Source of the DNA: an uncultured virus (IMG/VR IMGVR_UViG_3300005588_000005)
Taxonomy: Duplodnaviria > Heunggongvirae > Uroviricota > Caudoviricetes
DNA: 64,000 bases
IMG/VR virus record: IMGVR_UViG_3300005588_000005
Reading direction: 5' to 3' (one strand)
The notes beneath the pieces were generated by a model, which did not search any database, was not told the origin of the DNA, and worked only from the letters and a program-made list of their open reading frames with translations. The translations under genes and the position numbers were made by a program. Below are positions 49,461 through 59,439 of the stretch, piece after piece; the first letter of the stretch is position 1, and each line of letters opens with the position of its first letter.

Positions 49461-50348
49461 TTAGGCCAACATGAGTGAGTCAAAGGGTATAGCTTCCCGT
49501 TTTTTCAATTCGTCGTCCAATTGAATATCGGCACGCTTGGATCCAGCAGACCGGAGGAACACCCCTTCGTGCGTTTCATCTCCTTCGCGGAAGTAAATTG
49601 GGGTGTTTTTCTTGACCGTTGTCCACTTCGTTTTCCGAGACTCCTCCAAAAACATGTCTCTGCTATCAACGTTGTGACCGCCAATTTCCTCGCCGGCGGC
49701 AAAGCTGGACGCTGGTTTCGGTGTTTCAGGCTCCTTTTCTGGTTCCTCAGCAACCGGATCGGGCTTCGACTTGCCCTTGGGTGACGCTCTCTTCTTGGCC
49801 GATCGCCCAGTTTTCTTTTTTGTCGACCGACCGCCCTTGCTGGGAGACTTCCGCGGCGTTTTCGTCATCTTTGGTGCCGGTTCGTCGTCTTCTTCCACCT
49901 CTTCGATAGGCGGAGGTGGAGTCGGCGTGTCGTCTTCGGTCGGCAGTCTGACGTCGATCGCCCGGTATTCGTCCACTCGCCCGAATCGCTCAATCGCCAG
50001 AATCCCGGCCTGAACAATCCCTTGGTAGGTCGCCATCGACATAATCCACAACCCTTTTTGGCGTACCTGAACCGGCGTCCCGGTCGGAACGGTGTGCCAG
50101 TCAATCTCCATCCGCTCCTCATCCTTTCGGATTTCCTTGCCGACTTCGCAGCTGTAATCAAGGAACCGAAGCATGTCGATCAGGGCTAGCGGGCCCAGCG
50201 GACCGCCAGGCCCGTGCCGGTGATAGAGGGTGATCCGGATGCCGTATTCCTCCTGAATGTCGTCAGGAATGATGGAAATGCCAAGCATTTGCTGGATCAG
50301 GAGTTCGTCGTCGGGCACCATGATTGTCTGTTCCTTGGGAAATTGCAT
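49461..50348 (-). CDS. Hypothetical protein: two SH3-like regions joined by a charged linker
   Basis: DWHTVPTGTPVQV and KWTTVKKNTPIYF repeats. Confidence 0.6.
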   Translation of the reverse strand: MQFPKEQTIMVPDDELLIQQMLGISIIPDDIQEEYGIRITLYHRHGPGGPLGPLALIDMLRFLDYSCEVGKEIRKDEERMEIDWHTVPTGTPVQVRQKGLWIMSMATYQGIVQAGILAIERFGRVDEYRAIDVRLPTEDDTPTPPPPIEEVEEDDEPAPKMTKTPRKSPSKGGRSTKKKTGRSAKKRASPKGKSKPDPVAEEPEKEPETPKPASSFAAGEEIGGHNVDSRDMFLEESRKTKWTTVKKNTPIYFREGDETHEGVFLRSAGSKRADIQLDDELKKREAIPFDSLMLA

Positions 50349-50349
50349 G

Positions 50350-50393
50350 AAAAAACGCCAGTACGTCAGGAACAGATTGAACGTACTGGCGCT
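50350..50393 (-). terminator. Terminator after the capsid/decoration genes
   Basis: CGCCAGTACGT/ACGTACTGGCG plus T-run. Confidence 0.75.
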
Positions 50394-50425
50394 GAAAAGC
50401 AAGACTGGGAAATGAAACCCCGTCG

Positions 50426-51292
50426 TTACCCTGCCTGGTAGAACGCCCAGAGATCCAGCAAAAAGTTCTGCGGATCGGCGTCGGCTGAGTTCTTGATCGC
50501 CGCGTACATGGCGAGTTCTTCACCATCGGGGAAAGTCGCAGCGGCAATGTTGTCGGCCGTGACGTAAGACTGTTGCTCGACGTTGTCGACAAAGATCTTG
50601 ATTCGCTTCGATGCGACCGCAGCCGGATCGTAAACGAATCCAACGTTGTACCACGTATCGGCAGCCAAAGCCGTTCCGTACGTCATCACCGTCTGCAGCA
50701 CGCCGCCGTTCTTGCGATACAAGAATTTCAACGCGTCGTTGTCGTCCTCGCCAATGAAGAATCCAATCAAGTCGTCATCGCTGACAACGTGACCGGACGA
50801 GTCGGCGATCGGCGTTGCAGCAGCAGCCAACGCTTCTTCGCCAAGACCGAGGAAGATCGAACCGTCGCCGTTGGTCACACTGTTGAGCTTGAATCGGTAT
50901 TCGCAGATCAACAATCGCGGATCCGAATCACTGATCACGCCCATCACGCCACTGTTCCCGTTAGTCGCGAGAACCGTATTGTGGTTGTCACCGTCGGCGG
51001 CGTCGTTCGACGTCAGCAGCTGAATCGCACTTGGCTCCGTTGCGATTTGCTTGATAGCCCCAACCGTGGCATCCGCTTCGATGTAAGCAAAGTACCCATT
51101 CGGAGGCTGAAGCTGGCCGGCCGCTGTCGTAACCGTCAGGTTCGGAAAGGAATCGAAGTCATCGTACAAGAAGACTCCGGGATTTCGCCCGTCCGGCGTC
51201 ATCATGTGCTCAACAAGTCGTGACCACAGCCGGGGGCTTAGTTTGCCGCCTCGTTGCGAAGCGTGAGGCGCCATTAAGTTACCAGGAAACAT
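50426..51292 (-). CDS. Putative capsid decoration/minor head protein
   Basis: YDDF N-terminal motif, lectin-like beta sandwich; follows the capsid gene. Confidence 0.55.
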   Translation of the reverse strand: MFPGNLMAPHASQRGGKLSPRLWSRLVEHMMTPDGRNPGVFLYDDFDSFPNLTVTTAAGQLQPPNGYFAYIEADATVGAIKQIATEPSAIQLLTSNDAADGDNHNTVLATNGNSGVMGVISDSDPRLLICEYRFKLNSVTNGDGSIFLGLGEEALAAAATPIADSSGHVVSDDDLIGFFIGEDDNDALKFLYRKNGGVLQTVMTYGTALAADTWYNVGFVYDPAAVASKRIKIFVDNVEQQSYVTADNIAAATFPDGEELAMYAAIKNSADADPQNFLLDLWAFYQAG

Positions 51293-51355
51293 TTTGAAAA
51301 CTCTCAAAAGATACGGAGATGGATCAACAACAAGTCAAGCAAAATCCGACTCGGA

Positions 51356-52399
51356 TTAAGCCTTCGATCCGACGAACAGCGCCCGACGGTTGTAGCAGAT
51401 GTAATTCATCCACGTATCGTAGTGGACGGTTCGCATCGTGTGCTGAGTGTGGCCCGGCGACATCATCGGCTTGGACCGACGGTTGTTTCGGCCCTTGTGC
51501 ACGAACGGTCGGAACCAACGCCAGTTGATACCGTAAACCGGATCGCTGGTGTCGTTCGCTTCCAAGAACGGAACCCAAGTCAACGGAACGCCGCCGATCA
51601 CGACTTTGCCGATGTACCTGGCAACGTCGTTTCCGAGGTTGTCGTTCCGGGTTTCGGCCAACCGCTCCAACGCATCCTGAACGCGGTAGGTCGAATACAT
51701 GGATTGCATCGACTTGCCGTAGCCAAGTTCCGGGTGGGGGACCGGAGCGCGGAAGTGGGTGAACGCCAACGACTTCTTGACTTTCTTGACGAAGTCCAGT
51801 GGCGCGACGGTGTCGTAACCAAAGGTCCAGTTACGCCACCGCGGATAGTCGATGCTGCTCACGCCGCCACAACCGGCAGAGAATCCGGATGGGTTTCCAC
51901 CGTGGAAGCCACCGCCGGGAGTCGTGGTCGCATCCTTCTGCATCCAGTACGGAACGCCGAATGGACGGTCGTCGCTCGGGCCCGTCGGGGCGGACCACAG
52001 GTTTTCCTCGTTCAGTTCGGCGAGGTCCGACAAACAGTCGTGCTCTCGCATCTTCATCTCATCGATGATCATTTCCCGTTCGGACTGGAAAATGGGTTCG
52101 TCGACGTCGTACGAGAAGTTGGTCGTTTGCTTACGCCACGGAACGGTGCACTCAATCGACACGTCAATCACACGAGCAACGTCTTGAGCAAAAAACCCAA
52201 CGTTACGGGCGTTCCCCGTGTTTTGTGTCTTCAACTTGAAGTTGATGTCTTTGCCGCCTTGTTCCTTCACCGACTTGTCGTTGATGATGGTGTTGGCGAC
52301 GTATTCTTGGTGCTCAAGAGAGATGTCGGTCCAACTGCGTCGCTTGAAAAGCGACAGAGTCAGATTCATCAGGTCGTGAACTTGGTCAGGGTACAACAT
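51356..52399 (-). CDS. Major capsid protein
   Basis: ~347 aa after the scaffold; GGKDI, VPWR, GGVSSIDYPRWRN, GGVPLTWVP. Confidence 0.75.
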   Translation of the reverse strand: MLYPDQVHDLMNLTLSLFKRRSWTDISLEHQEYVANTIINDKSVKEQGGKDINFKLKTQNTGNARNVGFFAQDVARVIDVSIECTVPWRKQTTNFSYDVDEPIFQSEREMIIDEMKMREHDCLSDLAELNEENLWSAPTGPSDDRPFGVPYWMQKDATTTPGGGFHGGNPSGFSAGCGGVSSIDYPRWRNWTFGYDTVAPLDFVKKVKKSLAFTHFRAPVPHPELGYGKSMQSMYSTYRVQDALERLAETRNDNLGNDVARYIGKVVIGGVPLTWVPFLEANDTSDPVYGINWRWFRPFVHKGRNNRRSKPMMSPGHTQHTMRTVHYDTWMNYICYNRRALFVGSKA

Positions 52400-52493
52400 T
52401 GAAAGTCTCGCCTGTGAGAGGAATTTGGCGGCAACCAAAGCCGCGTCACTCCCTAAATCTGACCAGTTCTGAAATCCGTCTCAACTCAAAAAT

Positions 52494-53723
52494 TTAGTCC
52501 TGGTTGTTCTCGCGGTTGAACCGGGCCCAAAGTTTCTTCATTTGAGGTGAGTTTGCGATGTCCGAAGGATTGTCGCTTTGCACCGGCGGAGCCTGCCTCG
52601 TGGACGTCCTTCCGCTGACTCCCGACGGCCGGCGTCGACGGCTTTGCGACTGAATTTCCCGTGTTTTGCCGGTTTGGTTCGCAACTCGCGGCGTTGTCCC
52701 AACCTCGCCAAACACCACGTTCACAGCCCGCTTTGCCAGCTGCGCAACGGAAATGTTTCGTTGCCCCTGCTTTTCCAGGGCGTCGTACATGCTGGCCATC
52801 TTGCTCAGAACCATTTGGCGGTTTGCCGTATGAAGGCCTCCGAGATCCTGGTTCACCGAACCGTTTTTGCCGACGACGCGACCGAAAGTGTTCTGATCCA
52901 TCCCGTCGAGCGATTGGTGGAATTCGATTAAAACGCGGTCAGTTTCCTGTTGCTTGCGAATCTCATCCTCCTGTTGCCGACGAGCCGCTTCACGCTCCCG
53001 TTCTTCGATGATCAGATTGTGCTGTTCCGCCATCATAATGTCGTCTTCTGAATAGTTTTCCTCCTTCATCTTCGCGATGTCGCGTTTCTTGAACTTCGGG
53101 GTATCGCTTTGCTCTGTCTGCTCAGGCTGTTGTTGCGGAGAGTTCTCCGGTCGGTATCCGGGCAAAAGCGGGTTGTTCGTCCGCGGCGCCGGTTGCTGGA
53201 ATTGTTGGTAACCGGGTCCGCCGGCGGCTGTGAGGTTCTGGTCGTACATCCGACCAAACCGGTCCAACTCTTCTCGACTCGACAGGTCTTTGATGTCGTC
53301 TTCCGAAAGACCGTAGCTTTTCGCGAATTCAATCGTGTCCGGATCCTCGTACCACTTGGCAGCATCCGGATCGTCATCGTCAAGTTCTTCGTCGTCAAAC
53401 TCGTCGATCGAGGAACCCCGCTCGTCGTAGAAGTCCGATCCAGTGTCATCGCTAGCCGACCAACCGTCCTCGGGAGCGTAGTCCTTTTCGTCTCGGTCCC
53501 CGGTGTCGTTGGAGGCACTGGTACGGCGGAGAGGTTCATCGTCAAGGTCGTCGTCGCCTTCGTATTGTTCAGGCTGAGGAGCGGCCGACGGTCGTCGCGC
53601 GCCGGGCGGCGGATCCTGCGAACCTGGAAGTTTGCCGTTGGGTAGCGATGAAGCCCCATCGTCACCGAAGTCGGCTTTTGCGCGAGCGATTTGAGCGGGG
53701 GTAAGGCTGATTGATCGGGCCAT
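52494..53723 (-). CDS. Putative scaffolding protein
   Basis: Very acidic N-half, helical C-half; between portal and capsid. Confidence 0.65.
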   Translation of the reverse strand: MARSISLTPAQIARAKADFGDDGASSLPNGKLPGSQDPPPGARRPSAAPQPEQYEGDDDLDDEPLRRTSASNDTGDRDEKDYAPEDGWSASDDTGSDFYDERGSSIDEFDDEELDDDDPDAAKWYEDPDTIEFAKSYGLSEDDIKDLSSREELDRFGRMYDQNLTAAGGPGYQQFQQPAPRTNNPLLPGYRPENSPQQQPEQTEQSDTPKFKKRDIAKMKEENYSEDDIMMAEQHNLIIEEREREAARRQQEDEIRKQQETDRVLIEFHQSLDGMDQNTFGRVVGKNGSVNQDLGGLHTANRQMVLSKMASMYDALEKQGQRNISVAQLAKRAVNVVFGEVGTTPRVANQTGKTREIQSQSRRRRPSGVSGRTSTRQAPPVQSDNPSDIANSPQMKKLWARFNRENNQD

Positions 53724-53790
53724 TTTCTGTTCCTTTTAGGAAAACAAGGGTTTTGAGTGCTGTTGTTGTAGGCAGGCGGTCATAAAAAAA

Positions 53791-54303
53791 TCAACGGCTT
53801 GGTTTCAGGCTCTTGCGTTTCTTCTTGTCCGCAACACGCCCTAAGATCTCGCAGGCGTCCCGGATGTCCTTCGCCGAAATTGCCTGTCCGCCGCCGTTCC
53901 GACTGTTCTGGTCGGTGAATTCCCGAGACTTCATGTACTCGGCTTTCGACCTCTCACTTCCGCAGACAACGGAATAGAAGTGGGTTTCGGGGTCCCGCCG
54001 GAATTCGATGTCCGTGAAGTTGTTGCGCTTGCGATGTTCCTCCATCTCCGCAAACTGGTGTTCGCCGAAGCCCATCGCGTCGCTAACAATCTCCGTCCGG
54101 CCGGCAACCTTCTTCGTCTTGATCTTCTGCGTCGGCCGGTTCGTCCGTCGCGCCCACACTCCCGGTTTCACCTCCAAGAACCCGTCCCGGGCTTTCATCG
54201 CCTGGTGGAAGTCCACGTAGATGATCGTCCCGTCGTCCATCTTGAACGGAATCCCGGTGGTGTTGGATGACTTCTTCTTTCGTTTGTTCTTGGATCTTCC
54301 CAT
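53791..54303 (-). CDS. Hypothetical protein
   Basis: MGRSKN...IVSDAMG. Confidence 0.6.
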   Translation of the reverse strand: MGRSKNKRKKKSSNTTGIPFKMDDGTIIYVDFHQAMKARDGFLEVKPGVWARRTNRPTQKIKTKKVAGRTEIVSDAMGFGEHQFAEMEEHRKRNNFTDIEFRRDPETHFYSVVCGSERSKAEYMKSREFTDQNSRNGGGQAISAKDIRDACEILGRVADKKKRKSLKPSR

Positions 54304-54613
54304 CGTTATCAATGACAACTGCCTTGGTTCCTTCAGGTGCGTACTTGAACATTTGATTTGTTGCCCACTCGGACAACTGAGCATCGGTCATCAGCGTATC
54401 GTCAACCAACGCGTCGATTTCTTCAGGTGTCCGCCTTTTCAGGCCGAGCGTCACGCGGACATTGATTTCCTTTTGGCAGTGCGGACAGGCTATCGACTTG
54501 TCAGGATGGATGTATTTGCCTGGTTCTATGGCAAACACAATCTTTTCCTTGCATTTTCCACACTTCCCTTCAAGTTTGTCTGCAATGACAGAAGGGCTTG
54601 ATTCGGTGTTCAT
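54083..54613 (-). CDS. Zn-ribbon hypothetical protein
   Basis: CGKC...CPHC; 3' end overlaps the next gene. Confidence 0.55.
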   Translation of the reverse strand: MNTESSPSVIADKLEGKCGKCKEKIVFAIEPGKYIHPDKSIACPHCQKEINVRVTLGLKRRTPEEIDALVDDTLMTDAQLSEWATNQMFKYAPEGTKAVVIDNDGKIQEQTKEEVIQHHRDSVQDGRRDDHLRGLPPGDESPGRVLGGETGSVGATDEPADAEDQDEEGCRPDGDC

Positions 54614-54798
54614 TCGTCTTCATCCTCCACGGGGTGACTGGTCATGTTGTGGCACTCGCCACACTCCAAAGAAACGATCGGTTCGTCGTAAGATTCCTCG
54701 ATCGCAATTACTGAAACCTGGACGTGGTTGCAGATAGAGCACTCTGTTTCGCCGGTCCACCACTTGTATCCGCATGGCAAAGGCTTGCATTTACTCAT
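54610..54798 (-). CDS. Zn-ribbon hypothetical protein
   Basis: ECSICNH...LECGECHN. Confidence 0.6.
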   Translation of the reverse strand: MSKCKPLPCGYKWWTGETECSICNHVQVSVIAIEESYDEPIVSLECGECHNMTSHPVEDEDE

Positions 54799-55093
54799 TT
54801 GAATACTCGAAGGAATAATTCTTCCATGGGAGAGGTTTTGGATCATCCCGGGCAGCCCCATGCTCTTTGTAGTGGATGAACGCTTGCACTAAGTTGATTC
54901 CATGACCGCATTTTGGGCAGATAATCCAGTCACTTTCCGAAAACACATCGCTTTGCTTCACCAAGACTGACCAAGTGTGATCGCATTGCCAACGCATACA
55001 GCGGAGGGTTTCAGGTCTGACAGATTGATTCTTGGTAAGGAAGCATGGGATCAATGTCGCAACCATTGATTTGAACCACGATCGTCTTTTCAT
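54791..55093 (-). CDS. Hypothetical protein with twin-Arg-like N-terminus and Zn ribbon
   Basis: MKRRSWFK...; CPKCGH. Confidence 0.5.
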   Translation of the reverse strand: MKRRSWFKSMVATLIPCFLTKNQSVRPETLRCMRWQCDHTWSVLVKQSDVFSESDWIICPKCGHGINLVQAFIHYKEHGAARDDPKPLPWKNYSFEYSNE

Positions 55094-57060
55094 CAGGTCA
55101 TTCCCCCAGGTGTTTGAGGACCGGCCGTCGCAGCTGCATTCATCATCTGCGATGACTGGGCCATCGGACTATTCTGTCCGGCAGAAACGTTCTCCCGGAC
55201 ATACCGGCGCGTGCCGTTGGGAGGCGACGACGGAACCTTGGTCAAAGGTTGCAGTTCCATGTCATCGCCAGATCCGCCCATGAATTTGACCACATTCCGC
55301 AACTCAGGAAGGTTCATCAGTTCGGAGAACGTCTCGACCAAAGCAAACATGTCGACCATCCCTCCTTGCTGCTGAAGGTACGGCGCCAACGGCATGATGA
55401 CTTGCTGGACGACGGTCGTAAGCTTTTGGATCTTTTCTTCCGGACCCTCGTATCGCATCGAGTAAATGTCGACGTCGAAGTTGAAGTCAATGAAGTTCCC
55501 TTCCCGATCGCCAGGCTTCCATACTTCGGAAACGGTAATGCTCGTCCCGGGAATCGGAATCTCCATCACAATTTCCTTGACCGAGTCTTGCCACAGCATC
55601 ATGCCGAGGCAGCGAAACAGGCGGGAAGTCTTCTCAATCACCCGCTTGCCCATTTTGTCGACCTTCCGCGACGCGGCTCCGTGGATCAGCCTGTCCTGTC
55701 CGAGAGTCCCCGCTTGGGCGCCGAGTCCCAGTTGTGCGGAAAGGTTGCCGGCCATCCGGTCGAACAGTTCGATGCCGCCGATCATGAAACCGTGGGTCCC
55801 GGCGTCAACGCCGCCAAACGTCAATTGACCAATCTCGTTCGGATCGTTCACGCAAACCGTTCCGCCGTCTTCTGTGATCGCAACGTTCTGGACGTCCTTC
55901 GCAGCGCCAGCGGTGTACGTCGTGACCGTCTTCTGGGCTCGAGCCTGTGTCGATTCCTTCCGCATCAGGTCGTTCACAAGCGTTTCCAGCAATTCCAAGT
56001 TCGCCGCCGGCGACGAAGGCATGATGTTTTCCGGAACATCGTGAAAGCCGAGAAGGTGGTATGGTCCAAGCTCGTCGCCCGTCCATTCCTCGACAGCAAT
56101 CGGACCGGGTCCGGCCAGGGACATTTTCGTCCTGTCTTGGATGACGTACGTGTAAACGACCCCGTGCCGCGGAACCCAAAGATCGATCAGATCAATCATG
56201 TCCTCCAAGTCGTCTTGGTCATTCTCTTGTGACCGACTCATTCCCTCGACACGATCTCGCTCGTCGTTCTGGGTCAACGTCGACGGCTGGTGATCTGACA
56301 TCGCATCTTCGCCGAAAATGTCGATCGCCTCTTCCCACGACAATCGGTACATGTCGCCGGCGTACCGCACTTCCGACCACTTGTTCGCCTTCATGTCGTA
56401 AACGAAGTCGTCCAGAGCGATGTTCGAAGCAAACGGCCGACCAGGATCCATCCACAAATCTGTCTCGACCTGGACCATCCCAGCATTGGCCATGTGGGTT
56501 TTGATGATGCCAACACAGAAGTACGCGTCCATGATCCACTGTTCCAGAGTCTCCGGAAGGTGGATTTCCTTCACAAGCGCGTTCAACGCACGCTGGAAGT
56601 GCTTGGAAAAGGCCTTGTATTGAGGGAATTCGGTCGACACCAGCGCCCGAGGCTTGTCCGACACAAGATTGATCTGAGCAGCTTCAACAGCCTGTTGTAT
56701 CAGATTCAAATAGCGGTTCGGATGATTTTCGTCCTCGCCGTAGGAGGAACCGCCGTAAAGCTCCGTCAGACTGTGATTCATCTCACGGAATGGCTCGAGA
56801 CTGCGGTACGATCGCTCAACCGATCGCATGAACCGAGATTGATCGCCGTCGTACCGCAATCCGCCGCCGCCGCCAAACAGTTCTTCCAACCGGTCTTCGT
56901 CGGCAGGCGCTCGAGAGGCAAAAGGCCCTTCGCCGGTATAAACTCCCGGCCTGACTCGCAGCCGATCGGGCATGTACTCGCCATCCCTGACGTTTTCGTA
57001 CATGGACTTTGGAGAGAAGTCGGCTTCCGAATCGTCGTCTACAACCGGCATTGAATACAT
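55093..57060 (-). CDS. Portal protein
   Basis: 655 aa downstream of TerL; GIIKT, DDFVYD, GPYHLL...PS, Q/M-rich tail. Confidence 0.78.
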   Translation of the reverse strand: MYSMPVVDDDSEADFSPKSMYENVRDGEYMPDRLRVRPGVYTGEGPFASRAPADEDRLEELFGGGGGLRYDGDQSRFMRSVERSYRSLEPFREMNHSLTELYGGSSYGEDENHPNRYLNLIQQAVEAAQINLVSDKPRALVSTEFPQYKAFSKHFQRALNALVKEIHLPETLEQWIMDAYFCVGIIKTHMANAGMVQVETDLWMDPGRPFASNIALDDFVYDMKANKWSEVRYAGDMYRLSWEEAIDIFGEDAMSDHQPSTLTQNDERDRVEGMSRSQENDQDDLEDMIDLIDLWVPRHGVVYTYVIQDRTKMSLAGPGPIAVEEWTGDELGPYHLLGFHDVPENIMPSSPAANLELLETLVNDLMRKESTQARAQKTVTTYTAGAAKDVQNVAITEDGGTVCVNDPNEIGQLTFGGVDAGTHGFMIGGIELFDRMAGNLSAQLGLGAQAGTLGQDRLIHGAASRKVDKMGKRVIEKTSRLFRCLGMMLWQDSVKEIVMEIPIPGTSITVSEVWKPGDREGNFIDFNFDVDIYSMRYEGPEEKIQKLTTVVQQVIMPLAPYLQQQGGMVDMFALVETFSELMNLPELRNVVKFMGGSGDDMELQPLTKVPSSPPNGTRRYVRENVSAGQNSPMAQSSQMMNAAATAGPQTPGGMT

Positions 57061-57069
57061 CTGGGATTC

Positions 57070-57441
57070 CTACTTTACGTCTGGGTCGTCGTCCTCCCCA
57101 CACCAACACAAGATGCACGGCAAGGAAACGATTGGTTTGTGGCATTCCGGGCAGTTGAACCGACTCATCAGCGACACCGATGCCGATGCCGGAAGACCGT
57201 TTCTCCTGCAAAACGAAACTGCTACGTTATCGCACGTCCACAGCATACGATTCAATCCAATAAATTCCCCCGGAGAAAGCCCACAAACACGGGCTTTATC
57301 CCTGATCGCCAAAGAATGGTACGACCAAAAGCCAATCACGCGACGCGCTGGGATGATTAGATGCCGCGCCAAATAGGGGTTCTGGACGTTGGAAATCCAG
57401 ATACTCTTGACCGGTTTCCCGGACAGAAAGTATTGGCTCAT
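57070..57441 (-). CDS. Hypothetical protein with C-terminal Zn finger
   Basis: CPECHKPIVSLPCILC; start overlaps the TerL stop. Confidence 0.55.
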   Translation of the reverse strand: MSQYFLSGKPVKSIWISNVQNPYLARHLIIPARRVIGFWSYHSLAIRDKARVCGLSPGEFIGLNRMLWTCDNVAVSFCRRNGLPASASVSLMSRFNCPECHKPIVSLPCILCWCGEDDDPDVK

Positions 57442-59423
57442 CGTCTTCTCTTCAGCACACTGCCCACCCATCTGTCCCGCCTTTTGTTGAGTTCTGCTGC
57501 CCGATCCTCCTGACGGTACATGTCCACACGCTCCGCCATCGTCCCGCTGATTGACTGAGATTTGACCATCGCCTTTCCCTGCTCGTCCATAATAACCCCA
57601 ACGTATTCGCTCGGACGATCTAGCAGTTGCTGACAATTCACCCCGAAAGCAATCACGCGGTCACCGTGGGCCTTCCCTTTGCTCGAATCATCCTTCGTCG
57701 TCAGACTTTGGGCGTGCTCAATCTTCCCGTTGATCATCACGTACTGCCGGAATTCCAACGCAAGTTTCTTGCACTTGACGATCGCTTCGGAAGCACGAAC
57801 AGCCCGGGTCATCTCCGAAAACATGATCCCTTTCGAATAATCGTCCGTGTGGAAACCCAAGTCGGTCGTGACAGTCCGCTTCTTCTTCTTGAACGAATGA
57901 CGGCGATAACAGTTCGGGTACTTCAGATCCTTGATCCGCTTGGTGAATGCACCGCCCTGCTGGCCGTTGGATTCCCACCCCAAATACGCACCGTAAAGCC
58001 ACAGCGCTGCAGCAACAGAAAGGTCAGCAAATTCCGACGGTTCGATCGTGTTCGCCGCATACCCCAAAATCTGCTCGTGGGTCGACAGGTCGGATCCGTA
58101 CAACGTCGAATTGCTGGTGTGACTCCCGCCAAGACCGGATGAAATGTCAGCCGACAACGCGTACATCCCTTTCGGTGGTCGCCCCTGGACGTTCAGCGGA
58201 ACCCAAAGATCGACCGGACCGCTCCGGATCTCCTGGAATTCGGCTTTCATTACCATCTCGCCATCCTCAACATGGCTGGTCACCGAGAAATTGCCGGTGT
58301 GGGTCGGGACGGCAATCGACTGGTGAACCGCCTTGATGAACTCGTTGCCAAACACCAAGAACGACGATCCGCCATAATCCCGGTCAAGCTCCTGAGCGAT
58401 AGACTGCGGCGTCATCCCAGCGCGATCGCACTCATGGTCGTACCATGGACTCCGCTGAATTCGCTCCCCGTCCTTGTTCTTCTCAAGATTGAATCCCCGC
58501 GATCGCAATCTCGAGAACAGGTCGAGCACTTCCTTTGTCGGTGGGTTGTAGTGCGACGGCAACGGATTATTCACAGGGTCGACCGCAACCGGCTTCCCCC
58601 GCTTCATCACGTACAAGCCGCGATTCCGCGTAACGTTCTGCTTCCAGTCGATGACGACCGGCACCATCGCCGACGGTTCGTGCATCACGTTGTAATATTC
58701 GTTGTGACAGCCGTTGACCGTCGACACGAACACTCGGCAGTTCGTTGAACCGTGACTCGAATTCAAAGCCTCCGTGTCTTCGCCCTTGTTGAAGAAGGCG
58801 AATTCGTCCATCACAGCGTAAGTCAGACGACCGCCGCGGAAGATGTTGCCGGTCGCCGCGCCAGCAGCGATTGAGGACCCCGTCCACTTGTGTGCCCAAG
58901 TGTGATTGTTCCGATTCCGCGTCCAATCCCTGCCTTTGATCCCCACCATCCATTCGGGAAGGCAATCCAACTCGTAGTCAATCTTCCATCCCAGCGAGTC
59001 GGAGTCGTCCGGGTTGTCAGCCGCAAGCTCTGTCCGGGAGACAAGACCGACTTTCGCATCCTCATCATTGACGAATGAATTACAAGCAAAAAGCACCGCG
59101 ATCCAGCTCATCCCCTCACCACGGCTTTTCTCTACCCCGATGTCCTCGTGACCAAGATGCTCATTGATCTTGCGAATCGCGTCAACTTGGTGGGGCCAGG
59201 GAATGAACGGAACCCGCTTGCTGTACTTCACCCCGTCCCGAATCTTCGGCCGAGGCTCGTAAACCCAGCAGAACGTCGAGAAGAACCACAAGACGTCATC
59301 CTTGCACGCGGACAACGCCATGTCCCGGAACTTCTTCGAAAACTCGCACTTCTTCAGGATGTCATTGCGGTAACCGAGATTGTCATCCGTATCCAGCGGC
59401 ACACGCGAAAACCAATCCGTCAT
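57438..59423 (-). CDS. terL: Terminase large subunit
   Basis: PFIPWPHQ, EKSRGEGMSW, AVMDEFAF, VSTVNG; nuclease SADISSG, WESNG, HGDRVIA. Confidence 0.92.
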   Translation of the reverse strand: MTDWFSRVPLDTDDNLGYRNDILKKCEFSKKFRDMALSACKDDVLWFFSTFCWVYEPRPKIRDGVKYSKRVPFIPWPHQVDAIRKINEHLGHEDIGVEKSRGEGMSWIAVLFACNSFVNDEDAKVGLVSRTELAADNPDDSDSLGWKIDYELDCLPEWMVGIKGRDWTRNRNNHTWAHKWTGSSIAAGAATGNIFRGGRLTYAVMDEFAFFNKGEDTEALNSSHGSTNCRVFVSTVNGCHNEYYNVMHEPSAMVPVVIDWKQNVTRNRGLYVMKRGKPVAVDPVNNPLPSHYNPPTKEVLDLFSRLRSRGFNLEKNKDGERIQRSPWYDHECDRAGMTPQSIAQELDRDYGGSSFLVFGNEFIKAVHQSIAVPTHTGNFSVTSHVEDGEMVMKAEFQEIRSGPVDLWVPLNVQGRPPKGMYALSADISSGLGGSHTSNSTLYGSDLSTHEQILGYAANTIEPSEFADLSVAAALWLYGAYLGWESNGQQGGAFTKRIKDLKYPNCYRRHSFKKKKRTVTTDLGFHTDDYSKGIMFSEMTRAVRASEAIVKCKKLALEFRQYVMINGKIEHAQSLTTKDDSSKGKAHGDRVIAFGVNCQQLLDRPSEYVGVIMDEQGKAMVKSQSISGTMAERVDMYRQEDRAAELNKRRDRWVGSVLKRRR

Positions 59424-59439
59424 GGTCGATCATCCAAAA

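Noticed and set aside
51422..52402. Long plus-strand ORFs antisense to structural genes (also 55249-56232, 33925-34857, 29957-30781)
   Set aside because: Shadow frames of GC-rich minus-strand genes; no motifs or RBS
53741..53754. AAAACAAGGGTTTT resembling the middle box of the tripartite element
   Set aside because: Palindrome and third box are absent; could be chance
57438..59423. Intein in the terminase or the giant protein
   Set aside because: No intein splice-junction or LAGLIDADG motifs noticed; motif spacing looks normal
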